From contig NC_043000.1 of assembly GCF_006345805.1 (NCBI RefSeq), positions 16,368,001 through 16,432,000 on the forward strand: a stretch of 64,000 bases of DNA, read 5' to 3'. The notes under the pieces were generated by a model, which was not told the origin of the DNA, did no database searches, and was given only the letters and a program-made list of their open reading frames with translations. Positions 48,594 to 62,034 of the stretch are shown one piece after another. Numbering within the stretch: position 1 is the stretch's first letter; the number at the start of each line of letters is the position of its first letter. Source of the stretch: Octopus sinensis (lineage: Eukaryota). The position numbers and the translations under genes were made by a program.

Positions 48594-49184
48594 ATGATTT
48601 TAATGATTTCAATAATTTATATTATGACTTTTATAATTTGTATTCTTATCTTATATGTATTGAATTATAAGATATATATGTATACTATTAAGGTTCTCAT
48701 TTTGTTAAATGAATAAATAATCCAACATTATAATATCCGAAAGTTGATGAAGAAACTAAATTTGTTTCTCCATTTTCTTATTTGTGTTATAAATTTACGG
48801 TAAAAATATTTCTTTACCTTCACTCAGTTAATACAATAAATAAGTTAATTGCATTGCAATTAAAAACATTTATGTATTAAGAATATGGGTAATTTACCAA
48901 CAGTATATTGGATAAATGCTATCCCATAGTGGGTTACACCCATAACCCCTATCTTACTTTGTACTATATATATATATATACAATGTCTTTGAAGGGAGGG
49001 TTTGTCATTATATATACATGTGTTCGAGTGTGTGTGTGTACATATACTCTTTAACTTGTTTCAGTCATTTGACTGCGGCCATGCTGGAGCACCGCCTTTA
49101 GTCGAGCAAATCGACCCCAGGACTTATTCTTTGTAAGCCCAGTACTTATTCTATCAGTCTCTTTGCCGAACAGCGAAGTGACGG

Positions 49185-49453
49185 CCAGCACCGCCTCGAC
49201 TGGCTTCCGTGCCGGTGGCACATAAATACACCAATCTGACTGTGGCCGTTGCCAGCCCCGCCTGGCACCTGTGCAGGTGGCACGTAAAAAGCACCCACTA
49301 CACTCACGGAGTGGTTGGCGTTAGGAAGGGCATCCAGCTGTAGAAACATTGCCAAATTAGACTGGAGCCTGGTGCAGCCTTCTGGCTTCCCAGAACCCGG
49401 TCGAACCGTCCAACCCATGCTAGCATGAGAACGGACGTTAAACGACGATGATG

Positions 49454-49456
<3 letters not shown>
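49185..49456 (+). mobile_element. 5'-truncated RTE 3' end fused to a duplicated local segment
   Basis: Matches 18770-19047; preceded directly by a copy of 47887-48093. Confidence 0.85.
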
Positions 49457-49513
<57 letters not shown>

Positions 49514-49517
<4 letters not shown>

Positions 49518-49730
49518 AATGGGCTGAAAAGTTCCTGGTTTGGGGTAAAAATAACATGCAGGAAGACCAGTTAATTATGATTTATTCAACATATTCCCTT
49601 CTCAGATTCACAAACTTATCACAGAGGTCCTTCGGCTTTTCAAAGCCCTGTAAAAGAACTTGGAAGGTTGAGCTTCGAACCAGGCCTTTCATGATACCCT
49701 TAAAGCCATGAACTTTTCAGCACCCCCTCA
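49514..49730. mobile_element. Mariner-type MITE
   Basis: GGGCTGAAAAGTTCCTGG at the left and CCATGAACTTTTCAGCACCCCCTCA|TA at the right form imperfect TIRs in a TA context. Confidence 0.55.
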
Positions 49731-49770
49731 TATACATATATAATATAAATATATATATAATATATATATA

Positions 49771-49825
<55 letters not shown>

Positions 49826-50846
49826 TTCGATGGGTGAATGAATTGGGTTTGACTTAGGAATTTTATTTCTAAACTACGGATAGTTAAGTGATGAAATATA
49901 TATATATATGTATTAATATTCATAATTTAGATTATTATAAAACATCTTACACCGTTTATTCCTTTGGAATAAAACCATGTTGTCTTCAAAACATATGTCG
50001 AAAGTAAAGGAATTTTATTAACATCTTCGTTCAACTCCATTTATTTATCTATTCATATATATATATATACACACACACACATATATATCATTATCGTTTA
50101 ATGTCCATTTTCCATGCTAACATGGGTGGAGAGAGAGAAAGAGAGATTTGGTCCACAATTCCCTATTCATTGATAAAGTAACTTCATAGCTAATTACCCT
50201 TTTATAATCAAATCAACATTCATTTGGTTATCAGTCCAACAGCTTGATAGCTAATGTAATTATTTTTAATGCTTTCTGGGCCTTTGGATTTGCTTAATCC
50301 ACATTCCTGGTAACATTAGTAAATGAGTTGAGTAAGAAGATTCAACTGCATTATCTAACCATAAAGTTATTGAGCCTAATTGATCACCCAGAAGGATACA
50401 TTTGATAATACAGCCCTTGTTAAATTATATCTCAAAGAAAAAAAAAAAGACAGGATGGTCAAGGCTAGAGAGCCTGTGATCATATGTCTGCTGAATCACG
50501 GCTGACCTGGAGCTAAACAACAACCTAATGTAAAGTTAGTGTCACATGGAAATTTATTTGCACAACAGAATACAGAGATTTATGTGTTCTCTTTACATGC
50601 AGCAAAGTGATCTCTCTCTCTCTCTCTCAACACACCTGTATTAATAGTCATAAATTAGATTATTATAAAACATCTGCCACAATTACCACCTCACTGTCTT
50701 CTACTGTTAATCCTACATGTAGGGACAACAGAAATTAGATATTTACAGTTATGATATTAATTTTAAGGCAGAGAAGCAGATATTAATTTTAAGGCAACCA
50801 AGAAAGGGGAAATAACAAATCATAATAACAGTAACAAATTAGTGAT

Positions 50847-51094
50847 CATCATCATCATTGTTCGACCGTGGTCGAGACAATGGAATTTACCATGCTACAC
50901 CAGACTTCATGGTCCATCATGGCATTACGGAGGTCTTGTTGCTGGATGCCTGTATCCCTGGAGATTACATCAGGGTAGGAGAGTGTGCACCCTCTGGTAT
51001 TGCGAGTAGATGGCTTCCAGAGGAGAAGAGTGGAAATTACTTCTTTTTCAGCTCTACAACAATGTCCAGCAAACTGGACTCTTCTACCTTTCAC
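50847..51094 (-). mobile_element. 3' end of another RTE-like LINE family, with 10-bp TSD
   Basis: RRVQFAGHCCRAEKEVISTLLLWKP...YPDVISRDTG...AMMDHEVW...; the stop lies in the (ATG)n tail. AATTAGTGAT at 50837-50846 and 51095-51104. Confidence 0.75.
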
Positions 51095-51141
51095 AATTAG
51101 TGATAAGAAACTGACAGGTTCATGGATTAAGGCAGAATAAT

Positions 51142-51451
51142 CACGTGATCACATGACTGACCAGGCTATCAGATGTTGCTACACATCGTTGGTCACAGTG
51201 CGCTTAGCATTGTTTTTAGCCTTCAAATGATGCCACACCGCTGGCTAAGCGAGCAGGCCAACAGAAGAAAGAGTGAGAGAAAGTTGTGGCGAAAGATTAC
51301 AGCAGGGATCGCCACCCCACCCTACCAGAGCCTCGTGGAGCTTTAGGTGTTTTTGCTCAATAAACACTCACAACGCCTGGTTTGGGAATCAAAACTGCAA
51401 TCCTATGACCGCGAGTCCGCTGCCCTAACCACTGGGCCATTGCGCCTCCAC
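51142..51451 (-). mobile_element. SINE with family D head and a different 3' half, 13-bp TSD
   Basis: 51270-51451 matches the family D 5' part; 51142-51270 does not. AAGGCAGAATAAT at 51129-51141 and 51452-51464. Confidence 0.85.
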
Positions 51452-52076
51452 AAGGCAGAATAATATCTATCTAAAACTTATTTTCAGAGATCCTCAAAAG
51501 TTAAGAATACTGCAGATTAATGACACAAATAGAGAAAAAAAAAAATGCAAATTTACACATTCTTAAGGTACTTATCAAGCCTTATCAGACAAAACCTACC
51601 AGATGGCATCATGAAATATGAAGAAGGCCAAAATACAGAGAACTCTGTACCACCAGCAAAAGTTCTATGGAAGAGCAAAGTTAGAAATGTGAATAAGTAA
51701 AACAAAAAAACTACTAATCCCACCCAACACATCAAAAACAATAGAAGCGAATGAACCTGCCCATCCCAAAACAAAGCCAGGTGTATAAAATACTGGAAGC
51801 ATAAATGATGGTGCACAAATCACCTGTAGGTTCTATTTAAAAGGTACCAGAAAGCATAGAAAAACCTGACAGTTTGCTCATCCCAAGCCCTGTCAGATTT
51901 ATGAAAATTGGGGTAACTACTCTTCTACAAAACTCACAAGGGTGCAGGAAAAGCTACTCAAGGAACTGAATGGTTCGCAGGCCATCATCAGCAATGAGAG
52001 AAAATGTAAATCTTAATCTGAACACTAGATGCACAAACATGCATCTGAAGGGTTTAAAATGCACATCATCTGCTCC

Positions 52077-52290
52077 CATCATCATCATCCAGTTTTGTCC
52101 CTGTTAACAGGGGTAGCTGGATCTACTTCAATGCCATAGCAAACTACCTTCACACCATCTTGTCATCTTGCCCAGTTTGGGGCATCCTCCTTTTTCACAC
52201 CAACCCTTCCAATCTCCTCCTCTACTTGTCCCCTCTAACTTTTCCTTGGTCTACCTCGCCTTCACACTCCATTTACCTCAAAAGTAATAT
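52077..52290 (-). mobile_element. Decayed 3' end of a further RTE family
   Basis: FEVNGV*RRGRPRK...KKEDA.NWAR*QDGV followed by an (ATG)n tail. Confidence 0.6.
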
Positions 52291-52315
52291 GCAGATGTAG
52301 TAACGGCTTCAGGAA

Positions 52316-52699
52316 TCTCTCTCTATATAAACGGCAGTTTGTCTCTGTGTGTTTCTGTGTGTCTGTTTGGTTGTACCCTCACCCTGACCACTGCTTTCAA
52401 CCGATTCTGATGAAACTTGACACACACATAGCCCAATGTCATAATTCAAAACTAACGCAGCGAAAATTTTGAAAAGTTCCCCCAGTTCTGAAAAAAATCG
52501 ATAAATTCGACATGGGGTCGAGAATCAGAAACACAAACCACAGACTGTCATGGGGACGCAACTCGACCTTTTTTAACTCTCAAAAAAAAATTACCATAAT
52601 TTTTTCCCATTTTTTTGCTATTTTTTGGCAATAACTCTCTAAAAATGCTTTATAGTTATTTCCCTTACAAACCTGAGCAACGCCGGGCGATACTGCTAG
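52316..52699 (+). mobile_element. Non-autonomous Helitron, subfamily 2
   Basis: A|TCTCTCTCTATATAAACGGC ... GAGCAACGCCGGGCGATACTGCTAG|T; reverse complement of 46147-46520. Confidence 0.88.
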
Positions 52700-52984
52700 T
52701 TCTTAATAATGGTAAAGAAAATAATGCAGCTTTGGACCTACTCACCTGTCAGGAATAGATACAGATTCCAAGTAACATCAAATATAAGGTCACCAGAAAC
52801 AATAAACACAACATGACCACTACAGTCATCTACAATAATGTCACATTAATTCTGCTATTGAATTCCAGAAGTCTTACAACTTGGTAACAAGTAAGATTCC
52901 TTACCTAACAGATTTTACCACATACAATCCAACAATATGCATCTAGCAACAAACATAACAGGTGCAAAAATACACATGCTAAGA

Positions 52985-53035
<51 letters not shown>

Positions 53036-53277
53036 CATCAGCAGCAGCAGCAACAGCAGCCATTCAAGAATTTGGACCTGGAGATCTCCATTTCCAGCGA
53101 CTTCGAGGGCCACCTCCCAGTGGTGTCAGGCGTCAATGAAGAGCCCTCAACTACAACAAGACGACCAAAGTTTTTTTTTCTAAGATCTGGGATCTCCCGC
53201 CCTTAAGCCCTAGACCATCACCTAATCACCCTTACCTGTCTTGTTGCTTAACAGCAACAACAACAACAACAGCAGCA

Positions 53278-53710
53278 GCATTTAACATCTGTTGTCCATG
53301 CTGGCATGGGTTGGGCAGTTTGACTTGGCCGGCATGCTGCACTAAACTCCAGTCTGATCTGGCATGGTTTTCTATGGCTGGATGCCCTTCCTAACACCAA
53401 CCACTCCGAGAGAGTAATGGGTGCTTTTACATACCACTGGCATGGGTACCATTTGCGTGACACTGGAGTACCACCAGCATGGGTGCCAATTTGAATGACA
53501 CTGGTATCTGCCATGACTATGATTTTGCTCAGCTTAATGGATCTTCTCAACCACGACATAATGCCAAAGGTCTTGGTCATTGCCACTGTGAAGCCCAACA
53601 CTCGAAAGGAACTCAGCCACTTTATCTCCATGAGGCCCAACGCTTGAGAGGAATTCAGCCACTTTGCCTCCGTCAGGCTTGAGAAGAACTCGGCCACTTC
53701 GTCTCCATGA
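53278..53710 (-). mobile_element. RTE 3' fragment with variant UTR
   Basis: Conserved terminal block plus a UTR shared with 11574-11885; internal ACTCAGCCACTT sub-repeats. Confidence 0.7.
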
Positions 53711-53730
53711 GGCCCCGTTCAAGAGATCTT

Positions 53731-53768
<38 letters not shown>

Positions 53769-53953
53769 GTGTGTGTGTGTGTGCGTGCGCATGTGTGTGT
53801 GTGTTAATGCAATTGAAACAATTGCATTTTTAAATAATTGTGAGATCTTAAATAAAGAATATATATATATACACACAATTTACAACATACAAGTCAATGG
53901 TCTTACAATGTTTGTACACAACCTCAAGCGTTTCTGTCATGCTCTATGGCTAG

Positions 53954-54190
53954 ATAGTCACTGAAACAGCTTCGGAAACAAAAGATTTTGCTAAATTATT
54001 AAAATAAATATAAACATATAAAAAGAAACTAAATATGCAGATAAACTGGAGAAGAACATGGAAGAGGAGAGAATAGTCACTGAAACAGCTTTGGAAACAA
54101 AAGATTTTGCTAAATTATTAAAATAAATATAAACATATAAAAAGAAACTAAATATGCAGATAAACTGGAGAAGAACATGGAAGAGGAGAG
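53954..54190. repeat. Tandem duplication, 2 x 119 bp
   Basis: ATAGTCACTGAAACAGC...GAAGAGGAGAG starts at 53954 and 54073; one substitution seen. Confidence 0.95.
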
Positions 54191-54874
54191 GAAAAAGTTA
54201 GGAATGAAAAAGATCTCAGAGGATGCAATTGAATTTTTGAACAGGCACATGCTTATGATTACCTTTAAATATCTTTCTAACATTTTGTTAGCTTCATTAC
54301 ATATATGTGTGTGTGTGGCCGTTGCCAGGACCGCCTGACTGGCCCTTGTACTGAAGGCACATGTAAAAGCACCCACTACACTCACGGAGTGGTTGGCATT
54401 AGATAGGGCATCAAGCTGTAGAAACTCTGCCAGATCAGATTGGAGCCTGGTGCAGCCAACTGGTTCGCCAGTCCTCAGTCAAACCGTTCAACCCATGCTA
54501 GCATGGAAAATGGATGTTAAACGATGATGATGATGATATGTGTGTGTATATATGTATATAAGAACATTGATCAGAAGAAACATCAAATTCGAGTCAACGA
54601 CTTTATGCATAACACCACGCCTCCAAACATTTGATCATATATAAATATTTCCAAGGCCTTCCAACATATAAAGAATACATATATAAAAAATAACAGAAGG
54701 TAAAAAATATATATGCAAATAATAATATAGTTATATAGAACGGTCTATCAGGAAGGTTTACACAATCGACTAAAAATTCTAAAGTGTGTCATGCAACTAA
54801 AAATCTAAATAAAATAAAATATCAATTGGCGAAAAAGATTTTTCTTATCATATATACATATATATGTGTGTGTG

Positions 54875-54905
<31 letters not shown>

Positions 54906-55122
54906 TAAATCTCTTTCTCTTTTACTTGTTTCAGTCATCTGACTGTGGCCATGCTGGAGCACCGCCTTTTAGTCGAGCAAATCGACCCCAGGACTTATTC
55001 TTTGTAAGCCTAGTACTTATTCTATCGGTCTCTTTTGCCGAACCACTAAGTAACGGGGACGTAAACACACCAGCATCGGTTGACAAACACAGACACACAA
55101 ACGCACACACATACATATATAT

Positions 55123-55153
<31 letters not shown>

Positions 55154-55317
55154 CGACGGGCTTCTTTCAGTTTCCATCTACTAAATCCACTCACAAGGCT
55201 GTGGTCGGCCCAAGGCTATAGTAGAAGACACTTGCCCAAGGTGCCACGCAGTGGGACTGAACCCGGAACCATGTGGTTGATAAGCAAGCTACTTACCATA
55301 CGAAATATATATATATA

Positions 55318-55967
55318 GTGACCGAGACCATTCGAGATATGCTGTGCTTGAGAAGACCTGACAAGCCTGTGGCCTATGCTAGTGGGTGTAACCAGCCCAC
55401 TTATGAGTACCCCTCATTCATTGGACAATAAACTTTGCTTGTGAAGACCTATTCAGGCAAGTGAAATAAAAATCAAAATCACTGACGTAGCAGATGACAG
55501 TGCCGCCTTGATTGGCACTCGTGCCAGTGGAACATAGGAAGCACCAACCGAGCGTGATCGTTGCCAGGGTCGCTGATTGGCTCCCATGCTAGTGGCATAT
55601 AAAAAGCACCATTCGAGCATGATCTTTGCCAGCATCGCCTTACTAGCACATGTACTAGTGGCATGTAAAAAACAACATTCGAGTGTGGTCGGACTAGCTC
55701 CTGTGCATGTAGCACGTAAAAAAACAACCTTCTGAGTGTGATTGCTGACGGAACCGGCTGACTGGCCCTCGTGCCGGTGGCATGTAAAAGCACCCACTAC
55801 GCTCCCAGGGTTCTAGGCGTTAGGAAGGGAATCCAGCTGTAGAAACTTTGCCAGATCAGATGGGAACCTGGTGCAGCCTTCTGGCTTGCCAGTCCTCGGT
55901 CAAACCTTCCAACCCATGCCAGCATGGAAAGCGGTCGTTAAACGACAATGATGATGATGATGATGAT
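55318..55967 (+). mobile_element. 5'-truncated RTE: ORF end plus full 3' UTR
   Basis: GACCGAGACC..GAGATATGCTGTGCTTGAGAAGACC matches the RTE ORF end; conserved terminal block and (ATG)n. Confidence 0.8.
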
Positions 55968-55974
55968 AATGACA

Positions 55975-56104
55975 ATACATATATATATATATATATACAT
56001 ACATATCTACGTACATATATGTATACATACATATGTATGTTTGTACATATATGTATGTATATATGCATATATATACATACATATGTATATATACATACAT
56101 ATGT

Positions 56105-56139
<35 letters not shown>

Positions 56140-56167
56140 TATATATATGTATATATAATATATATAT

Positions 56168-56199
<32 letters not shown>

Positions 56200-56260
56200 A
56201 TATATATATATTAGAATATATAATACCTGTACATCATCTCCAAACCTTCCAATATATATA

Positions 56261-56304
<44 letters not shown>

Positions 56305-56347
56305 TATGTACATGTATGTATGGATGTATATACATATATATATAAAC

Positions 56348-56404
<57 letters not shown>

Positions 56405-56685
56405 CACATAGGTATGTATGTGTGTGTGTATGTATATATATATATATATATATATGTATTTATATATATTTATATACGTAAGTATGTATATATGTATGTA
56501 CATATATATATATATATATATATATACATATGTATGTATATGTATAGATATATGTATGTATATATACATATGTATGTATATATGTATATATATATATGTA
56601 TGTATGTATGTATATACATATGTATGTATATACATATGTATGTATATATACGTATATACATATGTATGTGTATATATATATAGTG
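55975..56685. repeat. ~710-bp compound (TA)n/(TATG)n microsatellite region
   Basis: Directly visible. Confidence 0.95.
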
Positions 56686-56871
56686 AGAATTGATAAAAAA
56701 AGAAAAGACGAAGATGTGTGTGTAAACATCAAACAGATATATTGGTTTAACGCTCGGGATGAGAAAGTCGTTTACGTTTTGAGCGTACGCTCTTTGACAG
56801 AAAGGAACACAGAAATAAACAGGGAGAGAAAATAGAAAAAGGTTTAGTGGCTAGTGATCTATCATTGTGTA

Positions 56872-56947
<76 letters not shown>

Positions 56948-57601
56948 CAGATGTATGTATACGTATATATAATTACATATGTATATTTATATATCTCTTT
57001 TTTTCTCTTTTTACTTTTTTTTTTTTACTTGTTTCAGTCATTTTGACTGCGGCCATGCTGGTGCACCGACTTTAATCGAGCAACTCGACCCCGGGACTTA
57101 TTCTTTTGTAAGCCCAGTACTTATTCTATTAGTCTCTTTTGCCGAACCGCTAAGTGACAGGGACATAAACACACCAGCATCGGTTGTCAAGCAATGCTAG
57201 GGGGACAAACAGACACACAAACATACATATATATACATATATACGACGGGCTTCTTTCAGTTTCCGTCTACCAAATTCACTCAAAAGGCTTTGGTCGGCC
57301 CGAGGCTATAGTAGAAGACACTTGCCCAAGGTGCCACGCAGTGGGACTGAATGAAGCAAATACCTACTTGTTTCAGTCATTAGACGGCGGTCATTCTAGG
57401 GATCACCTTAAAGAATTTTTTGTTGAATACATCAACCCCATAAGTTATTTTTTTAAGCTTGGTATTTATTGTATTAGTCCCTTTTGCCAAACTGCTAAAT
57501 TACAGGGATCTGAACACACTGGTTGTCAAGTGGTGGTGCAGGACAAACACATATATATATATATATGTATGTATGTGTGTGTGTGTGTATATATATATAT
57601 A

Positions 57602-57645
<44 letters not shown>

Positions 57646-57648
<3 letters not shown>

Positions 57649-58330
57649 TCATCGCTTAACGTCCGCTTTCCATGCTAGCATGGGTTGGACGATTTGACTG
57701 AGGGCTGGCAAACCAGATGGCTGCACCAGGCTTCAATCTTCATCAGGCAGAGTTTCTACAGCTAGATGCCCTTCCTAACGCCAACCACTCCGAGAGTGTA
57801 GTAGGTGCTTTTATGTGCCACCGGCACGGGGGCCAGTCAGGCAGTACTGGCAAGGACCTCGCTCGAATCTTTTTACACATGCCGCCGGCACAGGTGCCAG
57901 TAAGGCAATTCCGGTAACAATGATACTCAAATGGTGCCTTTTACATGCCACCAGCATGGAAGCCAGTTAGCCGCTCTGGCAACGATCATGCTCAGATGGT
58001 ACTCTTAGCACCCTATTAGCACAGGGCTCAAGTGCCAGTAAGGCGACTCTGGTAACGATCATACTCAAATGGTGCCTTTTATGTGCCACTGGCAGGGAAA
58101 TTGGTTAGCTGCTCTGTCAGCGATCACACTCGTATGGTGCTCTTTGCACCCCCGCTAGCACAGATGCCAGTCATCGAATTTGATTTGGATTTTACTTGCC
58201 TCAACAGGTCTAAACAAGCAGAGTTCAGTGTCCAAAGAAGGAAAGGAAAAGGTACGCATAAGCGTGCTGGTTACGCCCCTGGCATAGGCCGCGAGGTTAT
58301 GGTCTCATTTGCTTTGCCAAGTCTTCTCAA
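57646..58330 (-). mobile_element. 5'-truncated RTE 3' UTR
   Basis: (CAT)n tail, conserved block and sub-repeats; homologous to 28880-29375 inverted. Confidence 0.8.
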
Positions 58331-58360
58331 GCACAGCATAATTCCAAAAGCATATATATA

Positions 58361-58430
<70 letters not shown>

Positions 58431-58489
58431 ACACACACATACATAGAGAGACAGAGAGATAATGATGATGATTGTAGCTAAGAATAGGC

Positions 58490-59700
58490 CGCTCTACCAG
58501 GTTGGAGAAGATCCTTGACGGGGTTCTAAACTCTATAGTCAGGTGGTTGCAAAGAAAATTAAGTGTAGATGAATGACTTATGAAGACCATGTATGCCATG
58601 TACAAAGATAACTATCATGAGCTCAGCAAGGAATTCACCATGTATGTAGGTACCCATCAGAAACTGGATCTTAGTTCCTTCCAGTTTCTTATAGGCCATT
58701 CTAGAGGAGTTTACACTAGTTGTTAGTGGGAACTCATGTATACCAAATGACCTAGTTCTCATAGCTGAATCTATCAAAGAATAAGAGAAGAAATTCCAAG
58801 CATAGAAACAAAGCCTAGAACCAAGACGCCTTGAAAATAAATCTAGTGAAAGCAAAAATTTAGGTTAGCAAAAAAAATAGATGTCTTCAGCTATCCAAGA
58901 AGTGACAGTGTCTGGTATGCAGAAAAAGAATAGGTAGGAATTCCATATAATGTATGCAGCATAAACAATGCATATATGCAAGAGATGTAATGGGATAATG
59001 GAATTGCAAGTAAGCAGACAGAGTAGTATGTAGTAGATGCCCAGGAGTATTTAACAGTAAGGGCACCAGTAAGATAAATTCTTTCAAATATTTAGAGAGC
59101 TCCATGGAAGTAACTGATAGCTGTTCTTACTTGGATAACCTCTTTACTAGTTAGGTGGGTACCAAAAATGCAAAAAAAAGTAAGAATATGGATAAAGTTC
59201 AGGAAGCTATTACCTATGCTGACGACACAGGGAATCTCTCTGCAAGTGAAGAGTAGACTGTATGATGCTTGTGTACAAAATGTGATGTTGTATTGTAATG
59301 AAATATGGGAGTTGAATGCAGAAGATCTGTAAGGGCTGGAAATAATTATATTCAACTAGATGTGTAAAGATGGTATGTATAAACGCAAAGCACAAATGAA
59401 CTGATTAAAAAACTGGGTATAAGAGGAATCAGAGGTAGTGTACAAGACACTGTCACCTCTGCTGGTGCAAACATCTGATGTGCATGAAGGATGATACTTG
59501 GGTAAAGAAATGTCAAGCAAGATCCAATTGGAAGGCCTGCAGAAAAGGAAGGCCACAAAGACCTGAGAAGAAGAGTTGAAAACTGGTCTCAGAATGCTAA
59601 ACTTCACAACAGTGATGACAACTGTCCTACAGAAGACCCATGCAACACATATAAACATGGAAAAACTGAATGTAAAAATGGTGATGATTATGATGATGAT
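58490..59700 (+). mobile_element. Old, heavily decayed RTE LINE (RT to C-terminus)
   Basis: Collinear by eye with 17300-18530: remnants of LEK..D.V, VG.HQ, WEL.Y.DDL, C.VCRKRIGRNSI*C, RLYDACV, and a (GAT)n tail. Confidence 0.7.
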
Positions 59701-61809
59701 AAATTTTAGTGTGAATGTATTAAAAGCAGCAATCAGTTATAATTTAGTGGTTTTTATTTGATAATGGGATGTGGTATCAAAACGTATTTCGGTGAAGTGT
59801 GTGGGCTACAGATAAGTTCTGATTTGGGATTTTGTGTGTGTGATTATTACATTGTTTTAGCGCTGCTCTGGTTTTACTTGGAAGGCTTTCATAGTATTGG
59901 GCATGAATCTATCAAATATGCAGTGTTAATGCTGTTGTATGAATTGTGTTACAGTACTTGAAAGGTTAATGTACTAACTTAGGTGTTTGTTTATAACATT
60001 GGGACGATAGACTAGAATATCACAGTGTGTGTTTATACTGAATATTATGAGGTGTCCGCACAGAACGGTGGTTCTCGATCATGTTTTACCAGTGGATCCC
60101 TTTAATTCCTATTTTACTCTACAAGACCCCCATAGCCATTTGATGTTTAAAAATGGGCAGAACTAAAATAGACATCGCTTAGATTTTGTAGATTGAGTGT
60201 GTGTAAAGATTTTGATAGAAAAAATTTTTTCAGACGTGTTGAGGGGAGGATTTTCGGAAAATTCACACGACCCATTTTCTTCCTTATAACTTTCAGGAAA
60301 ACGAGAATTTTTTAATGAAATTTTACACAAATTCCTTTCAAATGGTGTAGATTACGATTACAAAGAAATTTGTTGCCAAAATTTTTTGGAAGTGGGGAGG
60401 AGTTTTCTGGAAAACGGAGTTTCGGATCAGACGGAATTTCTCCGTTTTGACGTAGATTTTTTTTTCCAACTTTTTGTTTCTCAGCACAGTCTTCTGAATG
60501 ATGGGAGGCATCTTTTCACGAAAAACAGAATAAAATCTTGAAAATTTATGAATTTTTTTCACTCCCGCCACTCACTCCCTCACCACACCAGTCCGGACCG
60601 ATTTTGGCCCTTCTTCTTCTTTTTTTTACCACTTAAAACCCGTGAGAGAAACATTTTTGGTTAAAAAAGAAAAGATTGTTAATAATTTCAGAGGAAAATG
60701 TGTGATTTAAGAGAGATTTGGCTGTTGTTTCTAGCACATCCCAAGACCTCATGTCCTCGTTTCTTTATGACAGCAGACAGATTTAAAGGTCTGATTGCTA
60801 TTCGTAGCAGGACAAGCAACAATGCCTAGATTGCATCGGTGTGTTAACTTGCAAGTTCTTGAATGGTGTTTATATGTATTTAGCCACATTATTATTATAT
60901 TATTATTATCATTGGACCCGTTTTTACATTCACATTTCTTGCTTATTTCCACTTCGATAGACATATATCGATGGCCTTTCTACTCAATTCCAGGTGATAT
61001 TTTCCTCAAAGGGAATAAAGATGTGTATTCAGAATGTACAAGTTTTTCATTCTCTTATATTATTTCGCCCAGGTTCAATCTTGATCAAGCAAATCTACAT
61101 TCATGGGAGTTCTGACCGTAACCACCCCGTCTTTCGGTATATCTAAAACTACGCTTTTTTTTATGACAAATTTCAGGGAAATTTGGATGCTATTGGCAGC
61201 AAGTCGAGCGCCTGGATATAATTCCTTTACTGGCTCGGCTTTCCTATTCTATCATGGGTTGTGACAAACCCTTCTAATTTAGCTACTTGGAAACTTGATT
61301 AACAGTCTTCCATGTTGACCCGATGTCCTCGCCATGCTTCGTGCTTATGTAACGAACTTTACAGGATCTGTGGAGCGACTTCACTCATCATTTCACAATG
61401 GAAAAACAGCGGGCCGATGTGGAAAAGTAATGGGATTACACCAAACACGAACATCGAATCCCACATACGTAAATTCGTGACATTGTTTTTAAAATATACA
61501 TTACATTCCGTTAGGAGATTGTCTGACAAAAAACTTCTTTATCGTAATAGTAAACAATAATATATAATAGTGTGGCTGCAGCTGTTGTTTAAAAGAGATC
61601 GAAAATAAAATCTAGATTTAATAAGAACTTCACTACACGAATATTGTAACCAAACATGATCTATCTATCTATCTATATATGTATATATATATATATATAT
61701 ATATGGTATATAGAGAGGTGGAGGGCGACAGTGAAATGCAAACATTCGCACAGTAACGCTCACATACGCAAACATTCGCAATTATAAGATACACAGGCAA
61801 TGTACTTAC

Positions 61810-61959
61810 CTCATCTCCCCAATATAGAACATCTTTTTGACGATCCTTAAGTTTTCTATATTGATTAATGAATTGTTTCACCCCATGTTTCCGAACGTGG
61901 TCAGCATAACTTTTCGTTTCTTCCCAAGAAAGTGGTGACCCTTCCGACAGAAGACCCAT
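61810..61959 (-). CDS. GCLC: Glutamate-cysteine ligase catalytic subunit, coding exon 1 (150 nt)
   Basis: Translates MGLLSEGSPLSWEETKSYADHVRKHGVKQFINQYRKLKDRQKDVLYWGDE, closely matching the known animal GCLC N-terminus (MGLLSQGSPLSWEETK...WGDE). ATG in good context (GTGATGG). Ends at GAG|GTAAGT donor, phase 0. Confidence 0.97.
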
Positions 61960-61997
61960 CACACTGTTGCCTGTGGTTGTTGTGCACAATATATGTC

Positions 61998-62033
<36 letters not shown>

Positions 62034-62034
62034 G

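Noticed and set aside
60165-60600. CpG-containing segment with MITE/HINE-like AATTTT/GAAAA composition
   Set aside because: Probably a repeat, but I could not define termini or find a second copy in the window, so it is not called.
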